Source: Thermoanaerobaculia bacterium
Lineage (GTDB): Bacteria > Acidobacteriota > Thermoanaerobaculia > Multivoradales > Multivoraceae
Assembly (NCBI GenBank): GCA_942492505.1
Contig: CALOFD010000042.1
Span: forward strand, 42,188 to 106,187
DNA: 64,000 nucleotides
Reading direction: 5' to 3'
Shown here: positions 9,324 through 17,833 of the stretch, piece by piece
Numbering within the stretch: the first letter of the stretch is position 1
How the letters are laid out: each line of letters starts with the position of its first letter
The notes under the pieces: model-generated
What the model saw: only the letters and a program-made list of their open reading frames with translations
Database searches by the model: none
What the model was told of the DNA's origin: nothing
Translations under genes and position numbers: made by a program

Positions 9324-10349
9324 ATGAGTATCGACCTCGAGTCCCTGGCAACCACGGCTCAACGGCAACTCGAGTCGGCCACCGACGCTGATTCCCTGGA
9401 AGCGTGGTGGCGCGGACATCTCGGCCGCAAGGGCGAAGTCCAACTGCTGACACGCCGCATGGGCGAAGTCGATCCCGCCGACCGGCCGGCGTTCGGACAA
9501 CAGGTCAACGCCCTCAAACAGTCGCTGCTCGAGGCCTTCGAGGCCAGGAAGGAGTCGGTCCGCCTGGCGGAACTCGAAGCCACCCTCTCCGGCGTGGGCA
9601 TCGACGTCACCCTCCCCGGCCGACGCCGCCACATCGGCGGCCTGCACCCCTCGACCCAGGTCCTGCGCGAGATGGCCAGGATCTTCGGCGACATGGGCTT
9701 CCAGACCTACCGCAGCGCCGAGGTGGTCACCGACCAGCACAACTTCGAGTGGCTCAACATGCCGCCCGAGCATCCGGCCCGTGACATGCAGGACACCTTC
9801 TACACCACCGATCCGGGAGTCCTGCTGCGCACCCATACCTCTCCGGGCCAGATCTCGGCGATGCGTGAGATGCATCCCGAGCCGATCCGGATCATCCTGC
9901 CCGGCATGAGCTACCGCTGCGAGCAGATCACGGCGCGATCCGAAATCCAGTTCCACCAGATCGAGGGACTCGCCGTCGGGCACGGCATCACCTTCGCCGA
10001 TCTCAAGGGAACGCTGACCGAGTTCGCGCGGCGCTACTTCGGCGCCGATCGCAAGACGCGCTTTCGCGCCAGCTACTTCCCGTTCACCGAACCGTCGGCC
10101 GAGATGGACGTGAGCTGCTTCCAGTGCGACGCCGAGGGGTGCCGCCTGTGCAAGTACACCGGCTGGCTCGAGATCCTCGGCTGCGGCATGGTGCACCCCG
10201 TCGTTCTTCGAAACGGCGGCTACGACCCGGAGGAGTACTCCGGCTTCGCCTTCGGAACCGGCCCCGAACGCATCGCGATGCTGAAGTACGGCATCGACGA
10301 CATCCGCAACTTCTGGGGCAACGACCTCCGATTCCTCGAACAGTTCTGA
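9324..10349 (+). CDS. pheS: Phenylalanine--tRNA ligase alpha subunit
   Basis: MSIDLESL...FPFTEPSAEMDV...GCGMVHP class II aaRS motifs. Start at the internal ATG 9324, 341 aa. Confidence 0.9.
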   Translation: MSIDLESLATTAQRQLESATDADSLEAWWRGHLGRKGEVQLLTRRMGEVDPADRPAFGQQVNALKQSLLEAFEARKESVRLAELEATLSGVGIDVTLPGRRRHIGGLHPSTQVLREMARIFGDMGFQTYRSAEVVTDQHNFEWLNMPPEHPARDMQDTFYTTDPGVLLRTHTSPGQISAMREMHPEPIRIILPGMSYRCEQITARSEIQFHQIEGLAVGHGITFADLKGTLTEFARRYFGADRKTRFRASYFPFTEPSAEMDVSCFQCDAEGCRLCKYTGWLEILGCGMVHPVVLRNGGYDPEEYSGFAFGTGPERIAMLKYGIDDIRNFWGNDLRFLEQF

Positions 10350-10366
10350 GCCACGGGACCTAGATC

Positions 10367-12886
10367 ATGAGAATTCCGCTTTCCTGGCTTCGCGACTTCG
10401 TGGACGTCGAGCTCGACGCCGACGCGTTGGCCGAGACCGTCACCAACGCCGGCCTCGAAGTCACTCGCGTCCACCGCCTCGGGGTCGCCGGCGCAGATCT
10501 CGAGTGGCACCCCGACCGGGTCGTGCTCGCTCGCATCGTGCGCGTCGATCCCCATCCCGACGCCGACAAGCTGGTGCTCGCCACGGTCGACGACGGCGGC
10601 TCGAAGCCACGCGTCGTGGTCACCGGCGCGCCCAACCTACGGCCCTTCCTCGACCGCGGTGATCTCGAGGAGCCGCTCTACAGTCCCCTGGTCAAGGAGG
10701 GCGGCACCTACCTCGACCCCTACAAGGACGGCAAGCCGACCCGCCTCAAGGGCAAGAGCCTGCGCGGAGTCTTCAACGACGCCATGTTGTGCTCCTGCGC
10801 CGAACTCGGCCTGGGAAGCGAGGCCGACGGCATCCTGATCCTGCGCCCGCAGGACGTGGCGCCGGAGAGCGGCGTCGAACTCTCTGCGGGACTGCCGCTC
10901 GTCGATCTGCTCGGCGACGAGATCCTCGAGATCGACATCATCCCCAACGTCGCGCGCTGCGCCTCCGTTCTCGGCGTCGCTCGCGAGGTCGCGGCCCTCA
11001 CCGGTTCGTCGCTGCGTCTGCCATCGTTCGAAGCCGTGTGCGAGGGCGAGCCGTGGACGGAGTCGATCGAGATCACGACCGAACAGCCGGAGTTGAACCC
11101 TCGCTTCGTGGCGATGCTGGTTCGTGGCGTCGAGAGGAGGCCCAGCCCCTACTGGCTCCAGCACCGGCTGCGCAACGCGGGTCAGCGCCCGATCGATCTG
11201 ATCGTCGACATCTCGAACTACGTGATGCTCGAAATGGGCCAGCCCAATCACAGCTTCGACTACGACTTCCTGGCTGAGCGAGCCACGCGCTACGACGATC
11301 AGGGCACCCTGCGCCTCATCACTCGCCTCGCCCGCGAGGGCGAGAAGCTCCTGACGCTGGACGGCGAGGAGCGAGAGCTGCACGCCAACAACATGCTGGT
11401 CACCGACCCCGAAGGTCCGCTCAGTCTCGCCGGCGTCATGGGAGGCCTCGAAAGCGAGATCGGCGACTCGACCCGCAACGTCCTGGTCGAAGCCGCCGCC
11501 TGGAACTTCATCAACATCCGCCATACGAGCCGCCAGCACGGCCTGCTCTCCGAAGCGGCCTTCCGCTTCAGCCGCGGCGTCCACCCCGACCTCGCCCCAC
11601 TTGGAGCGCGCCGAACGGCCGAACTCCTGCGGACGCTGGCCGGCGGCACGATCGCCAGCGACGCGGTGGACTTCCATCCGGCCCCGGTCGAACCGGTGGT
11701 GGTGAGCCTGCACCCGCAGCGGGTCCGGGAACTCAGCGGCCTCGACCTCGAAGCTGACGAGATCGCCGAACTGCTGCGCCGCCTCGAGTTCGAAGTCGTC
11801 CCGAAGGACGACGCTCTCGAAGTCACCACACCGAACCACCGACTCGACATCGAAGGCCCGCACGATCTCGTCGAAGAGGTCTGTCGGATGTACGGCTACG
11901 ACCGCATTCCGTCGACCGTGCTTCGCGACACCCTGCCGCGCCAGCGCGGCAACCCGAGCCTGGAGCGCGAACAACACATCCAGGACCTGCTCGTCCAACT
12001 CGGACTGCGCGAGATCCTGACCTACCGTCTGACCACCGAGGCCAGCGAGGAGAAGATCCGCGTCGAGCCCGAAGCGGAGAGTCGTCGGATCCGGGTGATC
12101 AATCCTTCGACGCAGGACCGGGTTGTCATGCGGCACCACCTGCTGGCCTCGGCGCTCGAGATCGCCGGCGCCAACAGCCGCTTCACCTCGGCCCTACGGC
12201 TCTTCGAGATCGGCCACACCTACCATCGTCGAGACGACGGACTGGCCGACACCCCGACGAAGCTTGCGATCGTCCTCGCCGGTCCCCGCCACCCGGCCAA
12301 CTGGGAAGCAGGCAGCGAGGCGTCGGTCGACTTCTACGACCTGAAGGGCGTGCTCGACGCCCTGGCCGGCTCCTTGCACGTGACCTGGACCTGGACTCCG
12401 ACGGAGCATCCGACGCTGCGTCCCGGACACAGTGCCGTACTCACCCTCGCCGACGGTACCGTTGCCGGCTTCGCCGGTGAGCTGCACCCCCTGGTGACCG
12501 AGGCGTACGACATCCGCCTCGACGACGGTGCGGTCTTCGCAGCCGAAATCGACATCGAGGCGCTGTCGGCCCAGATCCCCGACCTGTGGTCGGTCGACGA
12601 GATCCCCCAGTACCCGGCGATCCGCGAAGACCTGGCGATCGTCGCCGCCGCCTCCCTGCCCGCCAGCGAGATCGAAGAGACCATCCGCTCGGCGGCCGGG
12701 CCCCTGCTCGCCGGACTCGAACTCTTCGACATCTACGAAGGCGAGGGCATCGCGGCAGGCGAGCGCAGCCTGGCCTATCACCTGGTCTTCCAGTCGAACC
12801 GCAAGACGTTGTCGGACAAGGATGCCCAGAAAACCCGCAAGAAGGTTGTTGGGGCGTTAGAGAAAATCGGCGCCAGGCTCAGGTAG
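10367..12886 (+). CDS. pheT: Phenylalanine--tRNA ligase beta subunit
   Basis: 839 aa with the tRNA-binding, B3/B4, B5 and FDX-ACB domain pattern. Immediately downstream of pheS. Confidence 0.9.
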   Translation: MRIPLSWLRDFVDVELDADALAETVTNAGLEVTRVHRLGVAGADLEWHPDRVVLARIVRVDPHPDADKLVLATVDDGGSKPRVVVTGAPNLRPFLDRGDLEEPLYSPLVKEGGTYLDPYKDGKPTRLKGKSLRGVFNDAMLCSCAELGLGSEADGILILRPQDVAPESGVELSAGLPLVDLLGDEILEIDIIPNVARCASVLGVAREVAALTGSSLRLPSFEAVCEGEPWTESIEITTEQPELNPRFVAMLVRGVERRPSPYWLQHRLRNAGQRPIDLIVDISNYVMLEMGQPNHSFDYDFLAERATRYDDQGTLRLITRLAREGEKLLTLDGEERELHANNMLVTDPEGPLSLAGVMGGLESEIGDSTRNVLVEAAAWNFINIRHTSRQHGLLSEAAFRFSRGVHPDLAPLGARRTAELLRTLAGGTIASDAVDFHPAPVEPVVVSLHPQRVRELSGLDLEADEIAELLRRLEFEVVPKDDALEVTTPNHRLDIEGPHDLVEEVCRMYGYDRIPSTVLRDTLPRQRGNPSLEREQHIQDLLVQLGLREILTYRLTTEASEEKIRVEPEAESRRIRVINPSTQDRVVMRHHLLASALEIAGANSRFTSALRLFEIGHTYHRRDDGLADTPTKLAIVLAGPRHPANWEAGSEASVDFYDLKGVLDALAGSLHVTWTWTPTEHPTLRPGHSAVLTLADGTVAGFAGELHPLVTEAYDIRLDDGAVFAAEIDIEALSAQIPDLWSVDEIPQYPAIREDLAIVAAASLPASEIEETIRSAAGPLLAGLELFDIYEGEGIAAGERSLAYHLVFQSNRKTLSDKDAQKTRKKVVGALEKIGARLR

Positions 12887-12890
12887 GGCC

Positions 12891-13295
12891 GGCTGGGGAT
12901 CGCGGCAACCCTGCGGGTTGCTTGGGAGTTCGCTGACGCGAACTCCTGCCCCATTCTCGCCGAATGCTCGTCGAAGGGATTGTGCGGCGTAGCTCCGCTA
13001 CGCCTCCGCACCCTTCTCCTGTGCTTCGACGATCTCACGCATGCTTCCCAGCCTAGCGGTCTTGGGTCCTTCCTGGAGGGACCCTCCACAATGGCCGGGA
13101 GGGCCAACCCTGCGGATTGCGGCAACCCTGCGGGTTGCGGATTGCGGCAACCCTGCGGGTTGCTTGCGGGGCAGTTGCTTCGCAACGGCCGGCAGCGAAC
13201 AAAGGCGATACCGTCCCGAGCTCTATCTATGCGAGCTTCTGGCTAAGGGGAGGAGTTCGCGTCAGCGAACTCCCAAGGAACCCGAAGGGTTGCCG
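12891..13295. repeat. MITE-like non-coding element bounded by about 45-bp imperfect inverted repeats, each built from two palindromic modules
   Basis: 12906-12950 (gcggcaaccctgcgggttgcttgggagttcgctgacgcgaactcc) is the reverse complement, at about 90% identity, of 13247-13291. The interior has three tandem 25-bp copies of gcggattgcggcaaccctgcgggtt at 13100-13165. The same modules recur at 16651-17030. Confidence 0.6.
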
Positions 13296-13310
13296 GAACC
13301 CGAAGGGTTC

Positions 13311-13342
13311 CCGGCGTCAAAACGAAAACGGCCCGCCTAGGC
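13311..13342 (-). terminator. Rho-independent terminator of rplT
   Basis: Minus-strand hairpin cggtccgcctaggcgggccg followed by ttttcgtttt, 30 nt after the rplT stop. Confidence 0.55.
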
Positions 13343-13372
13343 GGACCGTTTGATCTTCGATCCGGAGTGGAT

Positions 13373-14020
13373 CTACGTCTTTTCTTCGGACTCCTCGGAG
13401 TCGTCGGATGCCTCGGCGTCGTCGGCCGGGGCTTCTTCTTCGGAGGCTTCGGGCTCGGCGGGGGCTTCCTCGGAAGCTTCTGCTTCTTCGGCTGCGGCTT
13501 CGGGGGCCTCGTCGGAGGCTTCGGCCGCGGGTTCCTCGGCCTTGGGCTCTTCTGCGGCCGGTTCTTCGGCTGCGGGCTCGGCGGGGGCTTCTTTCTTGGG
13601 CTTGGTCTTCTTGGCCTTGGGGGCGGGGGCTTCCTCGACCACTTCGACCGGCTCGTCGATGGGCAGGCCGAGGGCTTCCTTGGCGGCGTTGGCCAGGGTG
13701 GTGAAGCCTGCGGGATCGTGGATCGCGATCTCGGAGAGCATCTTGCGGTTCAGATCGACCTCGGCGGCCTTGATGCCGGCCATGAAGCGGGCGTAGGTCA
13801 GGCCGTTGAGGCGGGCGGCGGCGTTGATGCGCACGATCCACAGCCGGCGGAACTGGCGCTTGCGCTGGCGACGGTCGCGGTAGGCGTAGGTGAGAGACTT
13901 CTCAACCGCCAGCTTGGCTACGCGGTGCGCCTTGGACTTGGCACCGTAGTAGCCCTTGGCCTGTTTGAGAATCTTCTTGCGCCGCTGGGCGCGCTTCGGA
14001 CCACGCTTGACTCTGGACAT
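13373..14020 (-). CDS. rplT: 50S ribosomal protein L20 with a roughly 95-aa acidic Ala/Glu/Pro-rich C-terminal extension
   Basis: [51 protein letters not shown]... is canonical L20 (about 118 aa). It is followed by ..[43 protein letters not shown]. Confidence 0.9.
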   Translation of the reverse strand: MSRVKRGPKRAQRRKKILKQAKGYYGAKSKAHRVAKLAVEKSLTYAYRDRRQRKRQFRRLWIVRINAAARLNGLTYARFMAGIKAAEVDLNRKMLSEIAIHDPAGFTTLANAAKEALGLPIDEPVEVVEEAPAPKAKKTKPKKEAPAEPAAEEPAAEEPKAEEPAAEASDEAPEAAAEEAEASEEAPAEPEASEEEAPADDAEASDDSEESEEKT

Positions 14021-14121
14021 GGGGAACCTCGTTTCTTTCTGTAGCCCCGCAGGGCGTTGGTGGTTCGACCGTGAGGGACAGGTTCACCCCCGCAGCGGTC
14101 GTGACGGACCTTGCGGCCGTC

Positions 14122-14313
14122 CTAGCTGATCATTTCGCGGATCTGCTTCTCGAATGCCTTCGAGACCAGGGTCTGCTTGCGCAGGTTCCGCTTTCTCTTC
14201 GTGCTCTTCTTCGTGAGGATGTGCGTGTGGAAGGAATGGCCGCGCTTCACCTTCCCCTTGGAGGTGAGCTTGAACCGCTTGGCGGCTCCACGCTTTGTTT
14301 TTCTCTTGGGCAA
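14122..14313 (-). CDS. rpmI: 50S ribosomal protein L35
   Basis: TTG start at 14311-14313, preceded by AAGGAG 6 nt upstream. Product (M)[35 protein letters not shown].., 63 aa. Confidence 0.8.
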   Translation of the reverse strand: MPKRKTKRGAAKRFKLTSKGKVKRGHSFHTHILTKKSTKRKRNLRKQTLVSKAFEKQIREMIS

Positions 14314-14395
14314 GATCTTCTCCTTGTGCGGAAACACGTTCCCGCCGGAACGCCGCAGCATACCAACGTATGCCGCTTCTGAAAAGGCCTTTCGG

Positions 14396-16330
14396 CTAGA
14401 GTTCGAGTCCTTTCGATTCGATCTTCTCGACCGTGCTGGCCGCGAATTCCGCCACGTCGACGGCACCCCGGTCTTCGCCGGCCCGGGTGCGCACCGCGAC
14501 GGCGCCGGCTTCGACCTCGCGGCCGCCGACCACCAGCATGTAGGGGATCTTCTCGAGTTGCGCCTGGCGGATCTTGTAGCCGAGCTTCTCGCCGCGATCG
14601 TCGACGGTCACCCGAACCCCGGCCGCCCGGAGTCTGGACGCGGCGTCGTGCGAGTAGTCGTTGAACTTCTCCGAGACGGGCAGGATCGTCGCCTGCACCG
14701 GAGCCAACCAGAGCGGAAAGGCGCCGGCAGTGTGCTCGACGAGGATTCCCAGGAAGCGTTCGAGTGAGCCCAGCATCGCCCGGTGGATCATCACCGGGCG
14801 CTTCTGGGAACCGTCGGCCGCCACGTATTCGAGGTCGAAGCGCTCGGGCATCTGGTAGTCGAGCTGGCAGGTTCCCAACTGCCAGGAACGACCGATCGCG
14901 TCGCGGACCTGGAAGTCGATCTTCGGGCCGTAGAACGCACCGTCACCCTCGTTGACGACGTACTCGATGCCGCGACGGTCGAGCGCGCTCTTCAGTGCGC
15001 TCTCGGCCGTCTCCCACATCTCGTCGCTGCCGATCGACTTCTCGGGCCGGGTCGAGATCTCGATCTCCACGTCCTCGAACCCGAAGGCCCGGTAGATCTC
15101 GAGAATCGTGTCGACGACCTTGAGCACCTCGTCTTCGACCTGCTCGTCGGTGCAGTAGATGTGACCGTCGTCCTGGCAGAAGCTGCGTACCCGGGTGAGA
15201 CCCGAGATCACGCCGCTCTTCTCGTAGCGGTGCAGACGCCCGAAGTCGGAGAGCCGCAGGGGCAGGTCACGGTAGGAGCGCAGGCGCGTTCCGAACACCA
15301 GGCAGGCCGCCGGGCAGTTCATCGGCTTGACGGCGAACTGGCGATCGTCGACTTCGGTGAAGAACATCGCGTCGCGGTAGTGATCCCAGTGACCCGACTG
15401 ATGCCACAGATCGACGTCGAGGATCTGCGGAGTGATCAGTTCGCCGTAGCCGTCGCGAGTGGTGTACTCGCGCATGAGATCGGCGAGCAGGTTGTAGACC
15501 AGGGTGCCCTTCGGGTGGAAGAACGGACTGGCCGGCGCGTGGGCGTTGAAGCTGAAGAGATCGAGTTCGGGGCCGAGCCGACGGTGATCGCGGGCCCTCG
15601 CCTGCTCCTGCTGCTCTTCCCAGGCCGCCAGCTCTTCCTTGGTGGCGAAGGCGGTGCCGTAGATGCGCTGCAGCATCTCGTTGGACTCATCGCCGCGAAA
15701 GTAGGCGCCGGACGTTTCGAGCAGCTTGATGGCGCCGATCTGCTTCGTTCCCTGGGCGTGGGGTCCGCGACACAGGTCGGTGAACTCGCCGTGGCGGTAG
15801 AGCGTGATGGTCTGCCCCTCCGGGATGTCGCCCAGACGATCGACCTTCAGGGTCTCGCCGCGCTCACGAAAGAACGCCTCGGCCTCCTGGCGAGACACTT
15901 CGATGCGCTCGAAACTGTGACCCTCCTTGAGGATCTCGCGCATCTTCTCTTCGATCGCCACCAGGTCCTCGGCGCTGAAGGGCTCGGTCTTGCGGAAGTC
16001 GTACTGGAACTTCTCCGAGTGGTCCACCCGACCGACATCGATCTCGACATCCGGCCACAGCCGCTTCACCGCGTCGGCCATCACGTGCTCGGCACTGTGG
16101 CGCAGAAAGCCACCCGACTCCTCGTTCTTCGTGGTGAAGATCTTGAACTCGCCGCCGGAAGTCAGCGGCAGACGGAGATCGATCTCCACCCCGTCGAGCT
16201 CCGCACCCACCGCGGCCTTCGCCAGCCCAGGACCGATCGAAGCCGCCACGTCGAGCGCCGTGGTGCCGGCGTCGAAAGAACGCTCGTGGCCGTCGGGAAA
16301 GACGAGAGTGATGCTGGAACCGGACATCAT
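14396..16330 (-). CDS. thrS: Threonine--tRNA ligase
   Basis: 644 aa with a TGS domain, a second additional domain (HSAEH) and a class II core (FRRDESNEM..; GPKIDF). Confidence 0.9.
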   Translation of the reverse strand: MMSGSSITLVFPDGHERSFDAGTTALDVAASIGPGLAKAAVGAELDGVEIDLRLPLTSGGEFKIFTTKNEESGGFLRHSAEHVMADAVKRLWPDVEIDVGRVDHSEKFQYDFRKTEPFSAEDLVAIEEKMREILKEGHSFERIEVSRQEAEAFFRERGETLKVDRLGDIPEGQTITLYRHGEFTDLCRGPHAQGTKQIGAIKLLETSGAYFRGDESNEMLQRIYGTAFATKEELAAWEEQQEQARARDHRRLGPELDLFSFNAHAPASPFFHPKGTLVYNLLADLMREYTTRDGYGELITPQILDVDLWHQSGHWDHYRDAMFFTEVDDRQFAVKPMNCPAACLVFGTRLRSYRDLPLRLSDFGRLHRYEKSGVISGLTRVRSFCQDDGHIYCTDEQVEDEVLKVVDTILEIYRAFGFEDVEIEISTRPEKSIGSDEMWETAESALKSALDRRGIEYVVNEGDGAFYGPKIDFQVRDAIGRSWQLGTCQLDYQMPERFDLEYVAADGSQKRPVMIHRAMLGSLERFLGILVEHTAGAFPLWLAPVQATILPVSEKFNDYSHDAASRLRAAGVRVTVDDRGEKLGYKIRQAQLEKIPYMLVVGGREVEAGAVAVRTRAGEDRGAVDVAEFAASTVEKIESKGLEL

Positions 16331-16388
16331 CGAAGGCTCAGGGTCGGACGGGAATCGGGAAGTTCGGACCGGCGGGAGGGACGTTCCC

Positions 16389-16465
16389 TGGTAGGCGCTA
16401 GCGGACTCGAACCGCTGACCTCTACCGTGTGAAGGTAGCGCTCTAACCAGCTGAGCTAAGCGCCT
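16389..16465 (-). tRNA. tRNA-Val (anticodon CAC)
   Basis: Minus-strand sequence AGGCGCTTAGCTCAGCTGGTTAGAGCGCTACCTTCACACGGTAGAGGTCAGCGGTTCGAGTCCGCTAGCGCCTACCA. It has a 7-bp acceptor stem, anticodon loop TTCACAC, T-loop TTCGAGT and an encoded CCA. Coordinates are accurate to about 1 nt. Confidence 0.85.
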
Positions 16466-16499
16466 GAAGGGGACTGACGGGGTTCCGGGATAAGAGAGC

Positions 16500-16577
16500 T
16501 GGTAGGCCCGAGCGGACTCGAACCGCTGACCTCTACGATGTCAACGTAGCGCTCTAACCAAGCTGAGCTACGGGCCT
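16500..16577 (-). tRNA. tRNA-Val (anticodon GAC)
   Basis: Minus-strand sequence AGGCCCGTAGCTCAGCTTGGTTAGAGCGCTACGTTGACATCGTAGAGGTCAGCGGTTCGAGTCCGCTCGGGCCTACCA, with anticodon loop TTGACAT and an encoded CCA. Coordinates are accurate to about 1 nt. Confidence 0.85.
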
Positions 16578-16650
16578 GAAGAACTCTCAAAACACGGAGA
16601 CCGTGAGCCGCAGACGATAACAAAATGAGGGCCACGAATAAAGGGCAAGC

Positions 16651-17030
16651 GGCTGGGGATCGCGGCAACCCTTCGGGTTGCTTGGGAGTTCGCTCACGCG
16701 AACTCCTGCCCCAATCTCGCCGAATGCTCTTCGATGGGCTTGTGCGAGGTTGGCAACCCTTCGGATGGCGGCAACCCAAAAAGTTGCCACGCACAAGGGA
16801 CTCGCCGAGGACGCGGTGAGATCGCGAGCGATCGGCGGCCAGCCCTCATCGACAAACCCCCTTAGGCTGGGAAGCGTGCGTGAGATCGTCGAAGCGCAGG
16901 AGGCGACCACGGAGGGGTAGCGGAGCGTGAAGTTCGCGAAGCGAACTTCCAAGCAACCCGAAGGGTTGCCACGTCGCACAAGCGCTTTGACGAGCATTCG
17001 GCGAGATTGGGTACGATCCCCAGCCGGCCC
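16651..17030. repeat. Second MITE-like element of the same modular family (terminal GGCTGGGGATCG inverted at 17018-17030), followed by a partial tandem duplication out to about 17170
   Basis: 16651-16745 is about 90% identical to 12891-12975. The left arm 16662-16707 is an inverted repeat of 16925-16975. The unit beginning gccctcatcgacaaacccccttaggc..gaagcgtgcgtgagatcgtcgaagcgcaggag occurs twice (16838-16905 and 17025-17085). No ORF of real coding character is present. Confidence 0.55.
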
Positions 17031-17184
17031 TCATCGACAAACCCCCTTAGGCCGTGAAGCGTGCGTGAGATCGTCGAAGCGCAGGAGAACGCCGCGGAGA
17101 GGTAGCGGAGCTACCTCGCACAAGGTGTTCGACGAGCATTCGGCGAGATCGCGTGCGATCCGCGGCCGGCCCTAACCCACGCCG

Positions 17185-17814
17185 TTACTTGATGCGGTAT
17201 CGCAACACCAAGAAATAACTCGAGCCGCCCAGGCCGTCCTCACCATAGAACCCCGCGATGCCCTCGTTGAAGGTTCCGCTGACGTCGGTGAGTCTCGCCT
17301 CGGCGCCGATCGACAGTTTGTTGAAGGCGTAGCGGACGCCGACGACTCCGTGCCAGCCGGTTTCCGAATCGCTGACGCTCTGGTCGAGGCTGGTGTTCTT
17401 GTAGTCGAGGAAGGTCGCACCCACACCGATGTGCGGCTGGAACTTCTTCTGGGACATGAACAGGTAGCTGAAGGTCAGGGTCAGCGGTGTGATCTCGAAC
17501 TTGTCCGGGATCCGGGTGATGACGGGCGGGGTGGTCGGGAAGGCTCGGAAGCCTGAGACGTCGCCCGTTTCGTAGCCCACGGTCACGATGAGGTTGTTGC
17601 GGATCACGACGTCGAACTCGATCCCCAGCATGCTGAAGCTGTCGCCGCCGTAGAGGAGGTCGAAGGTCTGCTTCATGTCGGACATGTCGTACATGCCGTA
17701 GCGCAGGCCGATGCCGAAGCCGACCCCGCCCGAAGCGCTGCTCGAGGTCTGGGCCGAAGTGACCGGCGCCAGCAGAGCCAGCACGAGGACCATCAAAACG
17801 GATTGCTTGATCAT
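17185..17814 (-). CDS. Outer-membrane beta-barrel protein (OmpA-like TM / OMP_b-brl family)
   Basis: Signal peptide MIKQSVLMVLVLALLAPVTSAQ, alternating amphipathic beta-strands, and a C-terminal ..YFLVLRYRIK. Start at the internal ATG 17814. Confidence 0.6.
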   Translation of the reverse strand: MIKQSVLMVLVLALLAPVTSAQTSSSASGGVGFGIGLRYGMYDMSDMKQTFDLLYGGDSFSMLGIEFDVVIRNNLIVTVGYETGDVSGFRAFPTTPPVITRIPDKFEITPLTLTFSYLFMSQKKFQPHIGVGATFLDYKNTSLDQSVSDSETGWHGVVGVRYAFNKLSIGAEARLTDVSGTFNEGIAGFYGEDGLGGSSYFLVLRYRIK

Positions 17815-17833
17815 CTTCACCTCACACCCCTCC

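Noticed and set aside
10637-12139. 500-aa minus-strand ORF inside pheT
   Set aside because: Antisense to the strongly supported pheT, with no motifs.
13350-14044. Plus-strand ORFs of 148 and 225 aa, rich in Gly/Ser/Ala repeats
   Set aside because: They are the antisense read of the L20 acidic tail repeats. The minus strand gives canonical L20.
14783-16432. 549-aa plus-strand ORF
   Set aside because: Antisense shadow of thrS. It also runs across the tRNA-Val gene.
16456-17040. Small ORFs (64-136 aa) across the MITE-like repeat region
   Set aside because: They are overlapping and repeat-derived. Their composition is driven by palindromes and they lack a coding-like GC3 bias.
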